Part shown: in pieces, positions 1 through 9,619 of the stretch
How positions within the stretch are numbered: position 1 is the stretch's first letter
Layout: each line of letters starts with the position of its first letter
Notes under the pieces: generated by a model
Database searches by the model: none
What the model was told of the DNA's origin: nothing
Seen by the model: the letters and a program-made list of their open reading frames with translations, nothing else
Made by a program: the position numbers and the translations under genes
Assembly: GCA_018396415.1 (NCBI GenBank)
Contig: JAGTRE010000002.1
Coordinates: 96,824-160,823 of the forward strand
Length of the DNA stretch: 64,000 nucleotides
Reading direction: 5' to 3'
Origin: Candidatus Bathyarchaeota archaeon
Lineage (GTDB): Archaea; Thermoproteota; Bathyarchaeia; RBG-16-48-13; JAGTRE01

Positions 1-447
1 GTATTAATCTTATTATCTTCCTAGTGGCTATTCTATCCATTTTTTCCCCTTTTTATTTTTGAAGAGATTTGGAAAAACAAATAGAACATTCAATTCACTT
101 TTGCATCCTAGGCCACTAAAAACCCCAGTCTGATGAGGACTACAAAGGATAGCGTTAAATGCAATTAACTGAAGTATTGATGCGGTGAGGAAATGATCTT
201 TATCACCTTGGCTAGCGCTTAGTTACTTTTTGGTAACAAAGTTTATATGGGACCTAGCTTATTGAGGAGTAAAAAATAGTTCGAATTATTTGTGAGGAAG
301 TGAAATCTCAATGCTACTTCGACCGGATCCAGAGAATAGATTATTACCTGAAGACCGCCCTCTGCCTGAGAGGCAATGGTAGGAATTATTATGAATTATT
401 CAAAAACGGTTGAAATCTAGCTTTCAGTTGGCTTTGCTCAAAATAGG

Positions 448-509
448 TATTTGCCCGAGTTTTTGGACTTTGACTATATAATGTTATTTGCCCAGTTTTT
501 TGAATCTGA
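448..509. repeat. Two imperfect direct repeats (TATTTGCCCGAGTTTTTGGACTTTGA / TTATTTGCCCAGTTTTTTGAATCTGA) about 37 bp apart, about 130-190 bp upstream of the actin-like gene
   Basis: Read directly from sequence: 24-26 nt units sharing ATTTGCCC-AGTTTTT-GA-TTGA, with a TATATAAT element between them. Confidence 0.4.
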
Positions 510-635
510 ACGACATTTTCTTGGAAAATATGCAAACAGTTAGGTCAAAAACAGCCAAGTAATTTCTAGAAAATTGCTGTAAGTTAGTAGAATACGGAAA
601 TGAGAGAGCAAGTTCACCTAATTTAGCGCGAGGAA

Positions 636-1580
636 ATGATTATGCCAATAATGGGTCTGGATGTTGGAACAGCATATTGTAAGGCGTACGGTGATACTGG
701 ACGAGTGGTTTTCCCAAGCATGGTTCTGATGCGTCGTAAGACTGTTTGGAATTGTATTAAGCGAAGGCCTTTGACACTAGTGGGCGAAGCAGCTGAAAGA
801 GCCTTAGCTGAAAAAGGAAGATTATTACGTCCGGTTCGTGAAGGCAGAGTTGTTCATGAGGATACTTACCAGACTGTAGTGCTTGAGGCCCTTTATCGAT
901 TGGGGTTACCACCCGAGCAGACGCGAGCTGTTGTCGGGACTTTATGCCGCCCAACCGAAGAGGAAATGGGAAAGCTGGAAAAAATGTTGAAGGAAAAGGT
1001 TAAGCTAGGTGATGTGCAGGTATACCCCGCATCACTAGGCGCCCTCTTAACAATGGGCTTCGATTCTGGAGTTGTCGTAGATATCGGAGAGGGAACAACA
1101 GGCTACTTGGCAGTTGAAGATCGAGAGGTCGTAGACTTTGCCACCACAGCGATTGCAGCAGATAGCGTTCTTGACGCCCTACATGACCTAGTGCTCACAG
1201 AATTAGAGGCAGATTTAAAAAAAGAAGAAATTAGGATGCTAATAACCGGGTCGAAAAAAACTATCAGCAGATACACCGCTACACTCGGAGTTAAAACAGT
1301 AACCAGCGAGAAAATCAAAGAAATGGCTCAACGAGAGGCTATATTCTTCGCAGAGGAACTCGCTGAATGGATGAGGACATACCTAGCAAGCGCCCCTACA
1401 GCCGCGTTGGAAAATCCAATCCTTACCGGAGGCGGATCACTGATCTATCGTGAAGCATTAACCAGTCTAATACCTGAAGTCAGCTTCAAAGTGCCCGAGG
1501 ACGTCATTTACGCAAACGCCGAAGGACTATTTAAACTCGCGAAGGAAACTTTCGCCGCCCCGACCTCTCTACCACAATAG
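636..1580 (+). CDS. Actin-like ATPase of the ParM/StbA/Ta0583 family (archaeal actin homologue)
   Basis: N-terminal phosphate-1 motif GLDVGTAYCK (DxGxxxxK); phosphate-2 DIGEGTTGY; adenosine motif ILTGGGS; 314 aa; strong similarity in layout to Thermoplasma Ta0583/ParM N-terminus (MxxxGLDVGxxxxK). Confidence 0.6.
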   Translation: MIMPIMGLDVGTAYCKAYGDTGRVVFPSMVLMRRKTVWNCIKRRPLTLVGEAAERALAEKGRLLRPVREGRVVHEDTYQTVVLEALYRLGLPPEQTRAVVGTLCRPTEEEMGKLEKMLKEKVKLGDVQVYPASLGALLTMGFDSGVVVDIGEGTTGYLAVEDREVVDFATTAIAADSVLDALHDLVLTELEADLKKEEIRMLITGSKKTISRYTATLGVKTVTSEKIKEMAQREAIFFAEELAEWMRTYLASAPTAALENPILTGGGSLIYREALTSLIPEVSFKVPEDVIYANAEGLFKLAKETFAAPTSLPQ

Positions 1581-1739
1581 TCGCAACTAAATTTCATCCA
1601 GAACACCCTAACTACCTTAAATTGCGTCCGTAATCTTACATCTACTTTTTCAGTTGAAATCTTAATCATTAGTTACGTCGAATGCTTGACAAAGATAGAA
1701 GCCATCCGACAACTATGTACCAATGATAAAAATTAAGAA

Positions 1740-2015
1740 TTAACAGAGACGCCTCACCGCGTTTTTTATACTTCTCAAAAATTCGCGAAGCACAGGCGTG
1801 TCGTAAAGCGAAACATGTCCGCCAAGGCCGACATCTTCGTGAATTGAAATTTGTGTTTCCGTCTTAGATAGGGGCTTTAAGTAAACATGGATTTGACTTG
1901 CAATGTAGCCAAGACGATAGGATGTCCTGCTATTGCGCCGTGTGAACTGGTAAAAGCCCAGCTGTTTAAGGGCGGCTACAATTGAGTCATAGGATGCATG
2001 TAATACCTGTTTCAT
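1740..2015 (-). CDS. Hypothetical small protein (91 aa) downstream of the actin-like gene, convergent with it
   Basis: ORF only; no recognisable motif. Position after the actin-like gene is where a ParR-like adaptor would sit, but it is on the opposite strand. Confidence 0.2.
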   Translation of the reverse strand: MKQVLHASYDSIVAALKQLGFYQFTRRNSRTSYRLGYIASQIHVYLKPLSKTETQISIHEDVGLGGHVSLYDTPVLREFLRSIKNAVRRLC

Positions 2016-2409
2016 TCAAAAACCTCCCGAGATGTTTCGGCGTAAATGTGGGTTATATAAATTAGTTTTGAAGGGAAAAGTAGGAGAAAAATGGCGTAGA
2101 AATTCTTAACGATGTTATTTCGCGAATAAAACCTGAAGATAACATAAATTACACCATGAAATTCATAGTTAGCTAGAATTATTGCTTATTAAATGATAGG
2201 AAATCGTAACAGGATTTTTAACTTATTAAAGCATTACACAAAAATTCAGATATGTTAAAAATGCTACAAGTCACCCTTCCAAGTTCATCGAGTTGTAGCT
2301 GTAAAGTGGTGGAGCCCCGAAAGAAGCGAGAACCGGTCTGCCTCACCTACCAACATGAACTAACTAATCCATTCGGGTCTGGAAGAGGTAGATGTGCAAA
2401 GTATTGGAC

Positions 2410-3198
2410 TTATAATTTATACCCGCATTTCGGGCAGTAATTTGCCCCTTCTTGCAGTTTTTCACCACAAATTGGACAATAAATAAACTCCGGGGGCTTT
2501 GGAACCAGAGGACGTGGGGTCAGCGGCATTGTTGGTGCAGAGAGTTCAGGGGCTCCGTCACAATAGATCAATGCAGCGGATCTTGAAACAAAAACATAGA
2601 AAACCGGAGTTATCACGATTGAGATTAGCCATCCAACTCCTGGAATTCTACTAATAGCATGAACAACCATCATAACTATAAAGACAATCGCTAACCAAGC
2701 CATGTATTTGCCCCACCCAATCTTTTTAATGATAGACAAAATTTCCCTGAAGGCAAATGCCTTGCCAAAATTGTTATGCTTGATCATGTGTACGATTCCC
2801 ATGGCTAGAATTATGCTCAAGAGAAATGCTAAGACTATACCTATGAAAATTGCAATAATTCCAGTTATAGTTAAAAATCTCAGTTGCAAGCCATGAATCA
2901 TAGTACGTACTATTAACTCCCAAGTCCCGAATAGAATAATTATTATTGGAATAATCATGTAAATGAGTGAAACTACGACAATTTTAAGCCCGTTAACCCA
3001 CATTTCACCATAATGCTCTAATTGTGGAGGATCTTTAGAACTTGGAGTGCTGTGAACAACTCTCCACATATACCCTTCAACAATGAAATTTACAATGGGT
3101 ATGAAATTAAGCACAATCAGTATCAACAGTCTACCTAGATAGGTAAACATCTTTTTAGCATATCCAGCCGAATCACTAAAATTTTCGTCTAAATTCAT
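2410..3198 (-). CDS. Polytopic membrane protein with C-terminal Pro-rich linker and CxxC...CxxC zinc ribbon
   Basis: Five to six hydrophobic helices; C-terminus PKPPEFIYCPICGEKLQEGANYCPKCGYKL. Confidence 0.5.
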   Translation of the reverse strand: MNLDENFSDSAGYAKKMFTYLGRLLILIVLNFIPIVNFIVEGYMWRVVHSTPSSKDPPQLEHYGEMWVNGLKIVVVSLIYMIIPIIIILFGTWELIVRTMIHGLQLRFLTITGIIAIFIGIVLAFLLSIILAMGIVHMIKHNNFGKAFAFREILSIIKKIGWGKYMAWLAIVFIVMMVVHAISRIPGVGWLISIVITPVFYVFVSRSAALIYCDGAPELSAPTMPLTPRPLVPKPPEFIYCPICGEKLQEGANYCPKCGYKL

Positions 3199-3350
3199 AG
3201 TTTAAAAGTCCTCGCGGGGTATTTGCAGTTCATAATATTTAACGCTTCTCGAAAAGTCAAAAGCAATCATGAACATTCTGAAAAAATAACGTCACCGATT
3301 CTAGTTCTAATTTATCCTTTTTTGGTCAATAGAGGTGCCCGATACAAATC

Positions 3351-4016
3351 TTACATTTGTAAAGATAGCAACCTATCGGTAGCGGTTATAGCCATAGCCC
3401 AAAGGGCATCTGGGAGCATATGGTGTTCTGCTGTCGCATCAAAGAGGATGGACGCGTTTGGAGGAAATTCCTCGTTACCAACCCAAAGTATATAGGTTAG
3501 CGGAATTCGTGGAAGCACCTTCAGCTCAAAAGCTGCATCCCCGTAAGGGACCTTCCTTCCTCCAAGTGAAAGCCCAGCCTTCAAAAAAGCTTCAGGGTTA
3601 TGGCCGAATTTTTGCTTAATCGGTTCAACTGGCATGGCATGGGGCCCAACGAAAAATACATCCCCACTCTTGAATTGAGTAGGCTTAACCAGTATGCCAC
3701 TAGGTTCGATTTCCTTAGCATTTACAAGATATGCAACAGTCATGATGCGGAAAGGAAGTTTAATTTTCGGAGGGTTTGTTTCTGCACAATAGGCTTTTTC
3801 AATTAATCGCTTACTTGGCCAAATTAAGTAGTCTTCATTAAGAATTTTTAAGGTGTAACAGTTAGTTTCAGCGTTATAATTTGCCAGACTTCTTTTGCAA
3901 ACATCTGTTGGATCAAGGTGCGCTAAATCGTTCCAAATAGCCTCTTCCCCGGCGCCAAGTGTTTGGAGGAGTGGAGCTAGACGGTCAAGCAAGGAGAAAC
4001 TCCTGTTAATTTTCAT
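3351..4016 (-). CDS. DUF3786-like protein (family often found next to corrinoid/cobamide genes)
   Basis: 221 aa; N-terminal WNDLAHLDPTDVCKRSLANY...YLIWPS pattern recalled from DUF3786; sits next to the cobamide salvage genes. Family assignment is from memory. Confidence 0.35.
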   Translation of the reverse strand: MKINRSFSLLDRLAPLLQTLGAGEEAIWNDLAHLDPTDVCKRSLANYNAETNCYTLKILNEDYLIWPSKRLIEKAYCAETNPPKIKLPFRIMTVAYLVNAKEIEPSGILVKPTQFKSGDVFFVGPHAMPVEPIKQKFGHNPEAFLKAGLSLGGRKVPYGDAAFELKVLPRIPLTYILWVGNEEFPPNASILFDATAEHHMLPDALWAMAITATDRLLSLQM

Positions 4017-4099
4017 GCGTATTCACCGATGGTCGTCAAGTTTTCTTAAATCTATTGGATTCAAAGTAAATTTCAACCTTATTGTTGGCTATGGAATTT

Positions 4100-4630
4100 C
4101 TACTTAATCCAAAATTTTCCTCTCATTCCAACGTAGCCCAGCGCCGCAATGATGCCGTTCAAAGTTGCCGCTAGTAAAAGAAATGGCGCGACAAGCGTGA
4201 GAGCTGCAACCCAGCCAAATAGTGGAGCCGCAAGAGGAAAAAGTGCTGTGTTAATTGCTATGCCAACAAGCGTCGCTGGAATAAATCCCCATTTACTGTT
4301 AACCCTATTAACAACCCCCATAGCTCCACCAGCTACAGCCATTCCTAAAGCGATAGGAATGTGAAGCCATCCTAGCGGAAAGCCATTGATTAATGAGGTA
4401 ATTAGGTGCCCAATTCCACATATGAGAGCCCCGTCATATGACCCGAAGTACAGCGCCGCAAAGAAACCTGGTGCAGAGTCAAACGCAATAGTCTGAATTG
4501 GACTCGGCGGATGAATAAATGAGCCGATAACACATAAAGTAGAAAATATTGAAAGCCGCGCAATACGTTGGGATTTAGATCTTTTAAAAATGCCGATAAC
4601 CCGAGGCTCCCGTCCCATGCTTGCCAGCAC
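4100..4630 (-). CDS. Small integral membrane protein, possibly an ECF-type vitamin/corrinoid uptake S component
   Basis: 176 aa, five hydrophobic segments, immediately downstream of cobY/cobS in the same orientation; no catalytic motif. Confidence 0.35.
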   Translation of the reverse strand: MLASMGREPRVIGIFKRSKSQRIARLSIFSTLCVIGSFIHPPSPIQTIAFDSAPGFFAALYFGSYDGALICGIGHLITSLINGFPLGWLHIPIALGMAVAGGAMGVVNRVNSKWGFIPATLVGIAINTALFPLAAPLFGWVAALTLVAPFLLLAATLNGIIAALGYVGMRGKFWIK

Positions 4631-5263
4631 CTACTTACAAGTAATGACCCGACCCTGTTTCATTTGAGTGAGCAAACGCTCAGCGATCTCCAAATCATGG
4701 ATTGTATTAACATTTACAGCAAGCTCTTCCTTTTCAATTACGAGTATTTCTTGTTCCAACTCAGCCTCGTCAATTTTTTTCCCATCGATTACATTTATGC
4801 CAGAGGGAATAAGCACGTTCTTTCCTGCAAAGGCATGATTAATTTTAAAACCAAGCTTTCTGGAAATTTTCCTAGGAACCATTACGGCTAAGGCCGGCTT
4901 ACCGCAGTGCTCGTACGCCATAATAACGTTATTGATGATTTCACTTGTAACAAATGGGAGATCAGCTGAGATTACTAACACTGTTCCTAGTCCAAGCTTT
5001 TTAATTGCATATCGCGTGTCTGATACGTAATCTTCTCCAGGTGTTTCTAAGACCTCAACTGACAATTCTTTAACCATGCTTTTGGTGCGGGGTGTATGCT
5101 TACTCACTGCAACTATTATCCGATCTATTTTCTTAGCATCCTTTACCGCTTGTAAGACGTATCCAATGATTGGCTTGTTCCCAAGGTTGACCAGTGGCTT
5201 TTCGGTTTTGAGTTTCATTCGCGTACCCTTGCCGCCAGCCATTACTAAAGCAGTTATACCCAT
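4631..5263 (-). CDS. cobY: Adenosylcobinamide-phosphate guanylyltransferase (archaeal CobY-type NTP transferase)
   Basis: N-terminal LVMAGGKGTRM nucleotidyltransferase motif, about 200 aa, overlapping and co-oriented with cobS. Confidence 0.6.
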   Translation of the reverse strand: MGITALVMAGGKGTRMKLKTEKPLVNLGNKPIIGYVLQAVKDAKKIDRIIVAVSKHTPRTKSMVKELSVEVLETPGEDYVSDTRYAIKKLGLGTVLVISADLPFVTSEIINNVIMAYEHCGKPALAVMVPRKISRKLGFKINHAFAGKNVLIPSGINVIDGKKIDEAELEQEILVIEKEELAVNVNTIHDLEIAERLLTQMKQGRVITCK

Positions 5264-6072
5264 TGGATCATCACCAAAATGATAATTAGAGAAAACATTC
5301 GGGTAAGCTCATTTGAAGCTCCTAAAACATCTCCGGTTATACCTTTAAAGTGTCTACTCGAAATCAATACAATTAATAAGGCGGCCAAAATGCTAGCTAG
5401 AGCCGCGACAAGTCCAGTTAATCCCAATAGAAGTGCCGCTATCCCGAACGATATAATTAAGGCAATAATTAGGCGCAGGTTGCCCCGTGGATCGTGCATG
5501 GCGTTAACGAAATATGTATTTAATCCCTTTTGAGCAGATTTTCCAGCCCAAGCCTCAACAACCATTGAAAATTTAGCTAACATCTCGGATACGATTAAAG
5601 CTTGGAGGATAGTTTTGATAGTTAATTCGCCGATACATAAAGCGGTTGTTAACAAGACGGTTAAACCTAGAGTTAACCCACCAGCGCCAGTGTGTTGGTC
5701 GCGCATAACCTGGATTTTTGCTTCCGAAGTACCACGAAACATGACCCCATCTCCAAAATCTAGCAATCCATCTGTATGGTTGACACCTGTTATCAAAAGT
5801 AGAAAACCAAGAGTTAGCATACCCACTACCAAGCTTGGCAAAACATGAAAAAGAAACCAGGCGAATATGCCTGCCAGAAAACCTATGAAAACCCCAACTA
5901 ATGGAAAAAGGTGCATATGATTTGCAGCTTCAGCAATTCCATCTTCACTCATCCCCACTGGAATCGTTGTAAGAAATCCGATTACATTTTTTATTCCCTT
6001 TAACTTGCTCAACCAGTCATCTCTCGCTTTGCCTTGTAGCTTGGGTATACATTTTTGATGAGCAACCCGCAA
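5254..6072 (-). CDS. cobS: Cobalamin (5'-phosphate) synthase CobS
   Basis: Polytopic membrane protein with the CobS signature HTDGLLDFGDG (HxDGxxDxxDG), about 250 aa core; real start may be internal. Confidence 0.7.
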   Translation of the reverse strand: MRVAHQKCIPKLQGKARDDWLSKLKGIKNVIGFLTTIPVGMSEDGIAEAANHMHLFPLVGVFIGFLAGIFAWFLFHVLPSLVVGMLTLGFLLLITGVNHTDGLLDFGDGVMFRGTSEAKIQVMRDQHTGAGGLTLGLTVLLTTALCIGELTIKTILQALIVSEMLAKFSMVVEAWAGKSAQKGLNTYFVNAMHDPRGNLRLIIALIISFGIAALLLGLTGLVAALASILAALLIVLISSRHFKGITGDVLGASNELTRMFSLIIILVMIQWV

Positions 6073-6487
6073 TTAAACCGCCGATGGCATCGTTCACGAT
6101 TGGTCCCAATTTCTTTAGAATTCCAGGTTTGGTTTGGTCAAAACGAATAAACTCGAAAATTCCTCTCGCCCCAGCAATATAGTTGGCAATACATATGCCT
6201 AAAAGTTCGTCAGCCACTAGACCCGGACGCCCAGCGAACCTATCCTTTGATAAACCAGGAACTAAACCAGCTTTTGCATCTTCTTCTAGGCGAAAACATG
6301 CGATTACCAGGCAGGAGATATTAACATCCGATAAAGCATCATTAAACTCTCCCACTAAGTAGTTAATCGCTTTCTCCTTGGTTTCCACCCCGGGATGCGG
6401 GACAAATAGTTCCAATGCGGTATCAATCATAGCTTGTAGCGTTATTCCTTGTTTTTCAAGGTATTCAAGTAATTGAGGTTTAAACAT
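6017..6487 (-). CDS. cobZ: PgpA-family phosphatase-like protein, candidate alpha-ribazole phosphatase CobZ
   Basis: 156 aa, co-oriented and overlapping the cobS start. Archaeal CobZ is a PgpA-family protein (established knowledge); assignment here rests on size and context only. Confidence 0.35.
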   Translation of the reverse strand: MFKPQLLEYLEKQGITLQAMIDTALELFVPHPGVETKEKAINYLVGEFNDALSDVNISCLVIACFRLEEDAKAGLVPGLSKDRFAGRPGLVADELLGICIANYIAGARGIFEFIRFDQTKPGILKKLGPIVNDAIGGLIAGCSSKMYTQATRQSER

Positions 6488-6720
6488 ACTGGGTCTCCTT
6501 TGAGTGAGTTAATCCCCATTAAGGTTATTTATGGTTGGATTATCCATCCAATAAAACTATTGGTAAGATAATGTCTAATAAAACAGGTTTTCGACGATAG
6601 CGCGTTTTTATTTACACCATTCTAATTAAGGATTATTAAGTTAATACACGCAATGATAATACCGAATCACTCTCTATGCCTATAATTAATCTCTTCACCA
6701 CTTCCAGCCTGGCCTTGCCT

Positions 6721-7395
6721 ATGAAGGTAGCAGTTTTCTGGAGCGGGGGGAAAGATTCTGCCTTAGCCTACTATAGAGCGATAACTGAAGGACATGATAT
6801 CGCATTTATTGTTACCTTTATCTTCAGCGATTGGCCTTTTATTTGTCACCCGATGCCGATAATTCAGCTTCAATCGGAGGCTTTAGGAAACGCGCACCTT
6901 ATAGTTAAGGTTGAGGAGCCATATCGAGAAAATTATAGAACGGTTCTCTCTCGTTTAAAGAAGGATGCGGGAATCGAAGGTATAGTGACTGGTGATATCT
7001 GGATTGAAGACCATAAGCGTTGGAATGAAAGTGTTTGCGAAGGATTGGGGGTTAAAGTGATTATGCCATTATGGGGTTTAGATCGCCATCAAATTCTAAA
7101 CGAGGTGATTTTAAGCGGATTTAAATGCGCAATCACTTGCGTGAAGGAACCTTGGTTTGACGAGGGTTGGTTAGGTCGCGAGTTAGACCTTAATTGTATA
7201 AGGGATCTAAAAGTCCTGAACACGCGGCACGGGATAGATCCTTGCGGAGAAAACGGGGAGTATCACACCATGGTTGTCGATGGCCCGGTCTTCAACAGGA
7301 AAATTACGATTTCAAGTTTTAGTAAAGAAAAAAGGGATAAGGTATTATTTATGAAGATTAATCAATGCTCATTAACGCGCAAGGATAACTTGTAA
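6721..7395 (+). CDS. PP-loop ATP pyrophosphatase of the MJ0570/Dph6 (diphthine-ammonia ligase) family
   Basis: VAVFWSGGKDS PP-loop (SGGxDS) at the N-terminus. ORF track starts at 6676, but the motif places the likely start at the Met of MKVAVFWSGGKDS (6721). Confidence 0.6.
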   Translation: MKVAVFWSGGKDSALAYYRAITEGHDIAFIVTFIFSDWPFICHPMPIIQLQSEALGNAHLIVKVEEPYRENYRTVLSRLKKDAGIEGIVTGDIWIEDHKRWNESVCEGLGVKVIMPLWGLDRHQILNEVILSGFKCAITCVKEPWFDEGWLGRELDLNCIRDLKVLNTRHGIDPCGENGEYHTMVVDGPVFNRKITISSFSKEKRDKVLFMKINQCSLTRKDNL

Positions 7396-7832
7396 ATTTT
7401 TTAGTTTGAGCGAAAGATTAGTTGATAATTCCGTGTTAAATCCATTGATTTCTCCAGGGGTTGTATGAACATTCATTTCGGCAGTAATTACTACGCTTGT
7501 ATATACACCCCCGACATTCAGGCGGGATGATTATTCGGGGTGGTTGTTTTAGGGTTTGTTGAGACGTCTAAGATTTCTCCCCTATTTTGGTGTGTTTTAG
7601 ATAAGTTAAGTTTTTTATGGGTTTGTAACAATAGGCTTGGTAAAAGTTTGGTTTAAAATGCGATGTTTAACATATTTTTGTACCGTTAATTTGCTTATTA
7701 CTACAAATTTCTTGCATAGGGGTCTCGAAGAACCATGTTCTAAGGTTTTATCCTTGCTGAGTTCTTTATAAGGCGAGTTCTTAACAAAATGATTCAACTG
7801 AAAAATGTCCTGACCATTACGAGCCTTACCGA

Positions 7833-8270
7833 TTAAATATCGAAAAGAACTTTCACAACCACATAGCCAGGTTGTTTAATTATTTCCATTTGATGATAGG
7901 TAACGGCTTTTATTCCGGTTTTAGAGGGATGTCTCTCAGGATTATATGGTTCACCCCAGATTATCGCGGTCAAGCGGTAACCCCGCGGTACTTGTTCAAT
8001 CGACTTTACTTTAAATTTCGAGTATAATGAATTCTCGGTTTCGAATTTTATAAGGAGCCTTTCTAACCAGTTGTAAAGAAGGGCATATTCATCTTCTCCG
8101 AGAACTTCAATTTGTTCCTGATTTTTAGGCAAAATTGCTTCAGTATCAGTCATCACATTGAACATGGCTACGGCGGCGTTCTCAAATGCTTCTTCGAGAG
8201 TTCTTCCATAAGCAGCAATATAAGCATCACTAACGTGTTCCAGGAATTCGAAGAGCTTCCTCTGCGCCAC
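7833..8270 (-). CDS. Archease (RtcB tRNA ligase cofactor)
   Basis: 145 aa; FEFLEHVSDAYIAAYG...TGIKAVTYHQMEI matches the archease N- and C-terminal conserved blocks. Confidence 0.8.
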   Translation of the reverse strand: MAQRKLFEFLEHVSDAYIAAYGRTLEEAFENAAVAMFNVMTDTEAILPKNQEQIEVLGEDEYALLYNWLERLLIKFETENSLYSKFKVKSIEQVPRGYRLTAIIWGEPYNPERHPSKTGIKAVTYHQMEIIKQPGYVVVKVLFDI

Positions 8271-8364
8271 AATCCACCACCAAAATTATCTAACTACTGT
8301 CAAACTTCCTATAAGAGGCACGCAATAAGGTAATAAGGCTCATGGATTCAGTTAAAAATGTAAT

Positions 8365-8487
8365 GCCGGGGTGGCGGAGTCCTCCAAGGGAGGACGGAAT
8401 GGACGAACGCGCCGGCCTTGAGAAACTAGCCAAGAAAGCCGGTGACCCTTTTGGGTCTCAAGGGTTCAAATCCCTTCCCCGGCGCCA
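8365..8487 (+). tRNA. tRNA-Ser (anticodon TGA) with an extra hairpin insertion in the D-loop and an about 14-nt intron in the anticodon loop
   Basis: Acceptor GCCGGGG/CCCCGGC, discriminator G, encoded CCA; T-arm AAGGG-TTCAAAT-CCCTT; long variable arm GACCC-TTTT-GGGTC (class II). Anticodon stem CCGGC/GCCGG flanks CTTGA...AA with 14 extra nt. D-region contains hairpin GTCCTCC-AAG-GGAGGAC about 20 nt beyond a normal D-loop. 123 nt total. Confidence 0.55.
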
Positions 8488-8712
8488 ATCATCGATGGGC
8501 TCTAACACCCTTAAAGAAGGATCTGGGGGCTGGGTAACCTCTTAATGAGCTTGATCCCCTGACCAGATTTCTTTTCCATGCAACCGGCTGATTCTTACAA
8601 CGCAATTTATATCTTATACACTCGTAGCGTGTTCTGAGATCTAAATCGGCTTAGCCTTCTCTTGTGAAGAAATATCTATCTACAAAGCTAAATTAACTCA
8701 TATTAAGTTAAC

Positions 8713-9540
8713 TTGTTAAGCAACGGTGAGAAGACTATGACCTTTGAAAAACCTGTTTGTTTTTTAAAAAATAATCAAAAGCTATTTGGAATACTCCATC
8801 TGCCGAAACAGAGGGGAAAGTTTCCTGCAATAGTGTTTTGCCACGGTTTTATGGGCCATAAACTTGGTGCAAGACACGGCGGAAGGCTATTTGTTAAAGC
8901 TGGAAGGACATTAGCGCAGGAAGGATTCGCAGTTTTAAGGTTTGATTTTAGAGGCTCAGGTGACAGCGACGGTGAGTTCGAAGATATGACCACCTCCGGG
9001 GAAATTAATGACTTAAAAGCAGCGTTGAAATTTCTTGAAACACTCAATCAGATCGACAAGAAGAGGATTGGTGTTGTAGGGCTGAGTTTAGGTGGGACTG
9101 TGGCTATTTGTACAGCTGCAGAAGACCGTCGTATTGGGGCTGTTGCTTCTTGGAGTGGGGTTGCATTTCTTGAAGATGTTTTCCGTGTAAAAATTATTGG
9201 TGAAGAAAATTATCATAGGCTGATGAAAAATGGTTTTTACGACATCATTAGAGACGGGCAGCCAGTAGGATATAGGGTTAGTAAAGAATTTTTCATCGAT
9301 CTCAAGAATCATAATCCAATAGAAGCTGTCGCTAAGATATCGCCCCGACCGGTCTTGATTGTTCATGGAACAAAGGATGTGGTTGTCCCCCCTGAAAATG
9401 CTGAAGCCCTCTATAGGAGCGCGGGAAATCCAAAAGAGCTTAGATGGATTGAAGGCGCAGACCACGTATTTATGGAACGGGACAAAACCGCTGAGGTAAT
9501 AGCTGTGACTACAAAATGGTTTAAAGAAGTTTTCTTTTGA
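8713..9540 (+). CDS. Alpha/beta hydrolase (dienelactone hydrolase / S9-like)
   Basis: HGFMGH oxyanion region, GLSLGG nucleophile elbow, C-terminal GADHVF; 275 aa. Confidence 0.6.
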   Translation: MLSNGEKTMTFEKPVCFLKNNQKLFGILHLPKQRGKFPAIVFCHGFMGHKLGARHGGRLFVKAGRTLAQEGFAVLRFDFRGSGDSDGEFEDMTTSGEINDLKAALKFLETLNQIDKKRIGVVGLSLGGTVAICTAAEDRRIGAVASWSGVAFLEDVFRVKIIGEENYHRLMKNGFYDIIRDGQPVGYRVSKEFFIDLKNHNPIEAVAKISPRPVLIVHGTKDVVVPPENAEALYRSAGNPKELRWIEGADHVFMERDKTAEVIAVTTKWFKEVFF

Positions 9541-9619
9541 CGATTCCGAGAAGCTTCGTATAGGTAACCTATTTTTATATTCAGAAATCTATGTAGTTAC
9601 ATCTCCGCTGGGAAATCCT

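Noticed and set aside
7396-7832. Possible ncRNA in the 430-nt gap between the Dph6-like gene and archease (contains GGGATGATTATTCGGGG)
   Set aside because: No convincing box C/D or H/ACA architecture or conserved structure could be recognised; probably promoter/UTR sequence.
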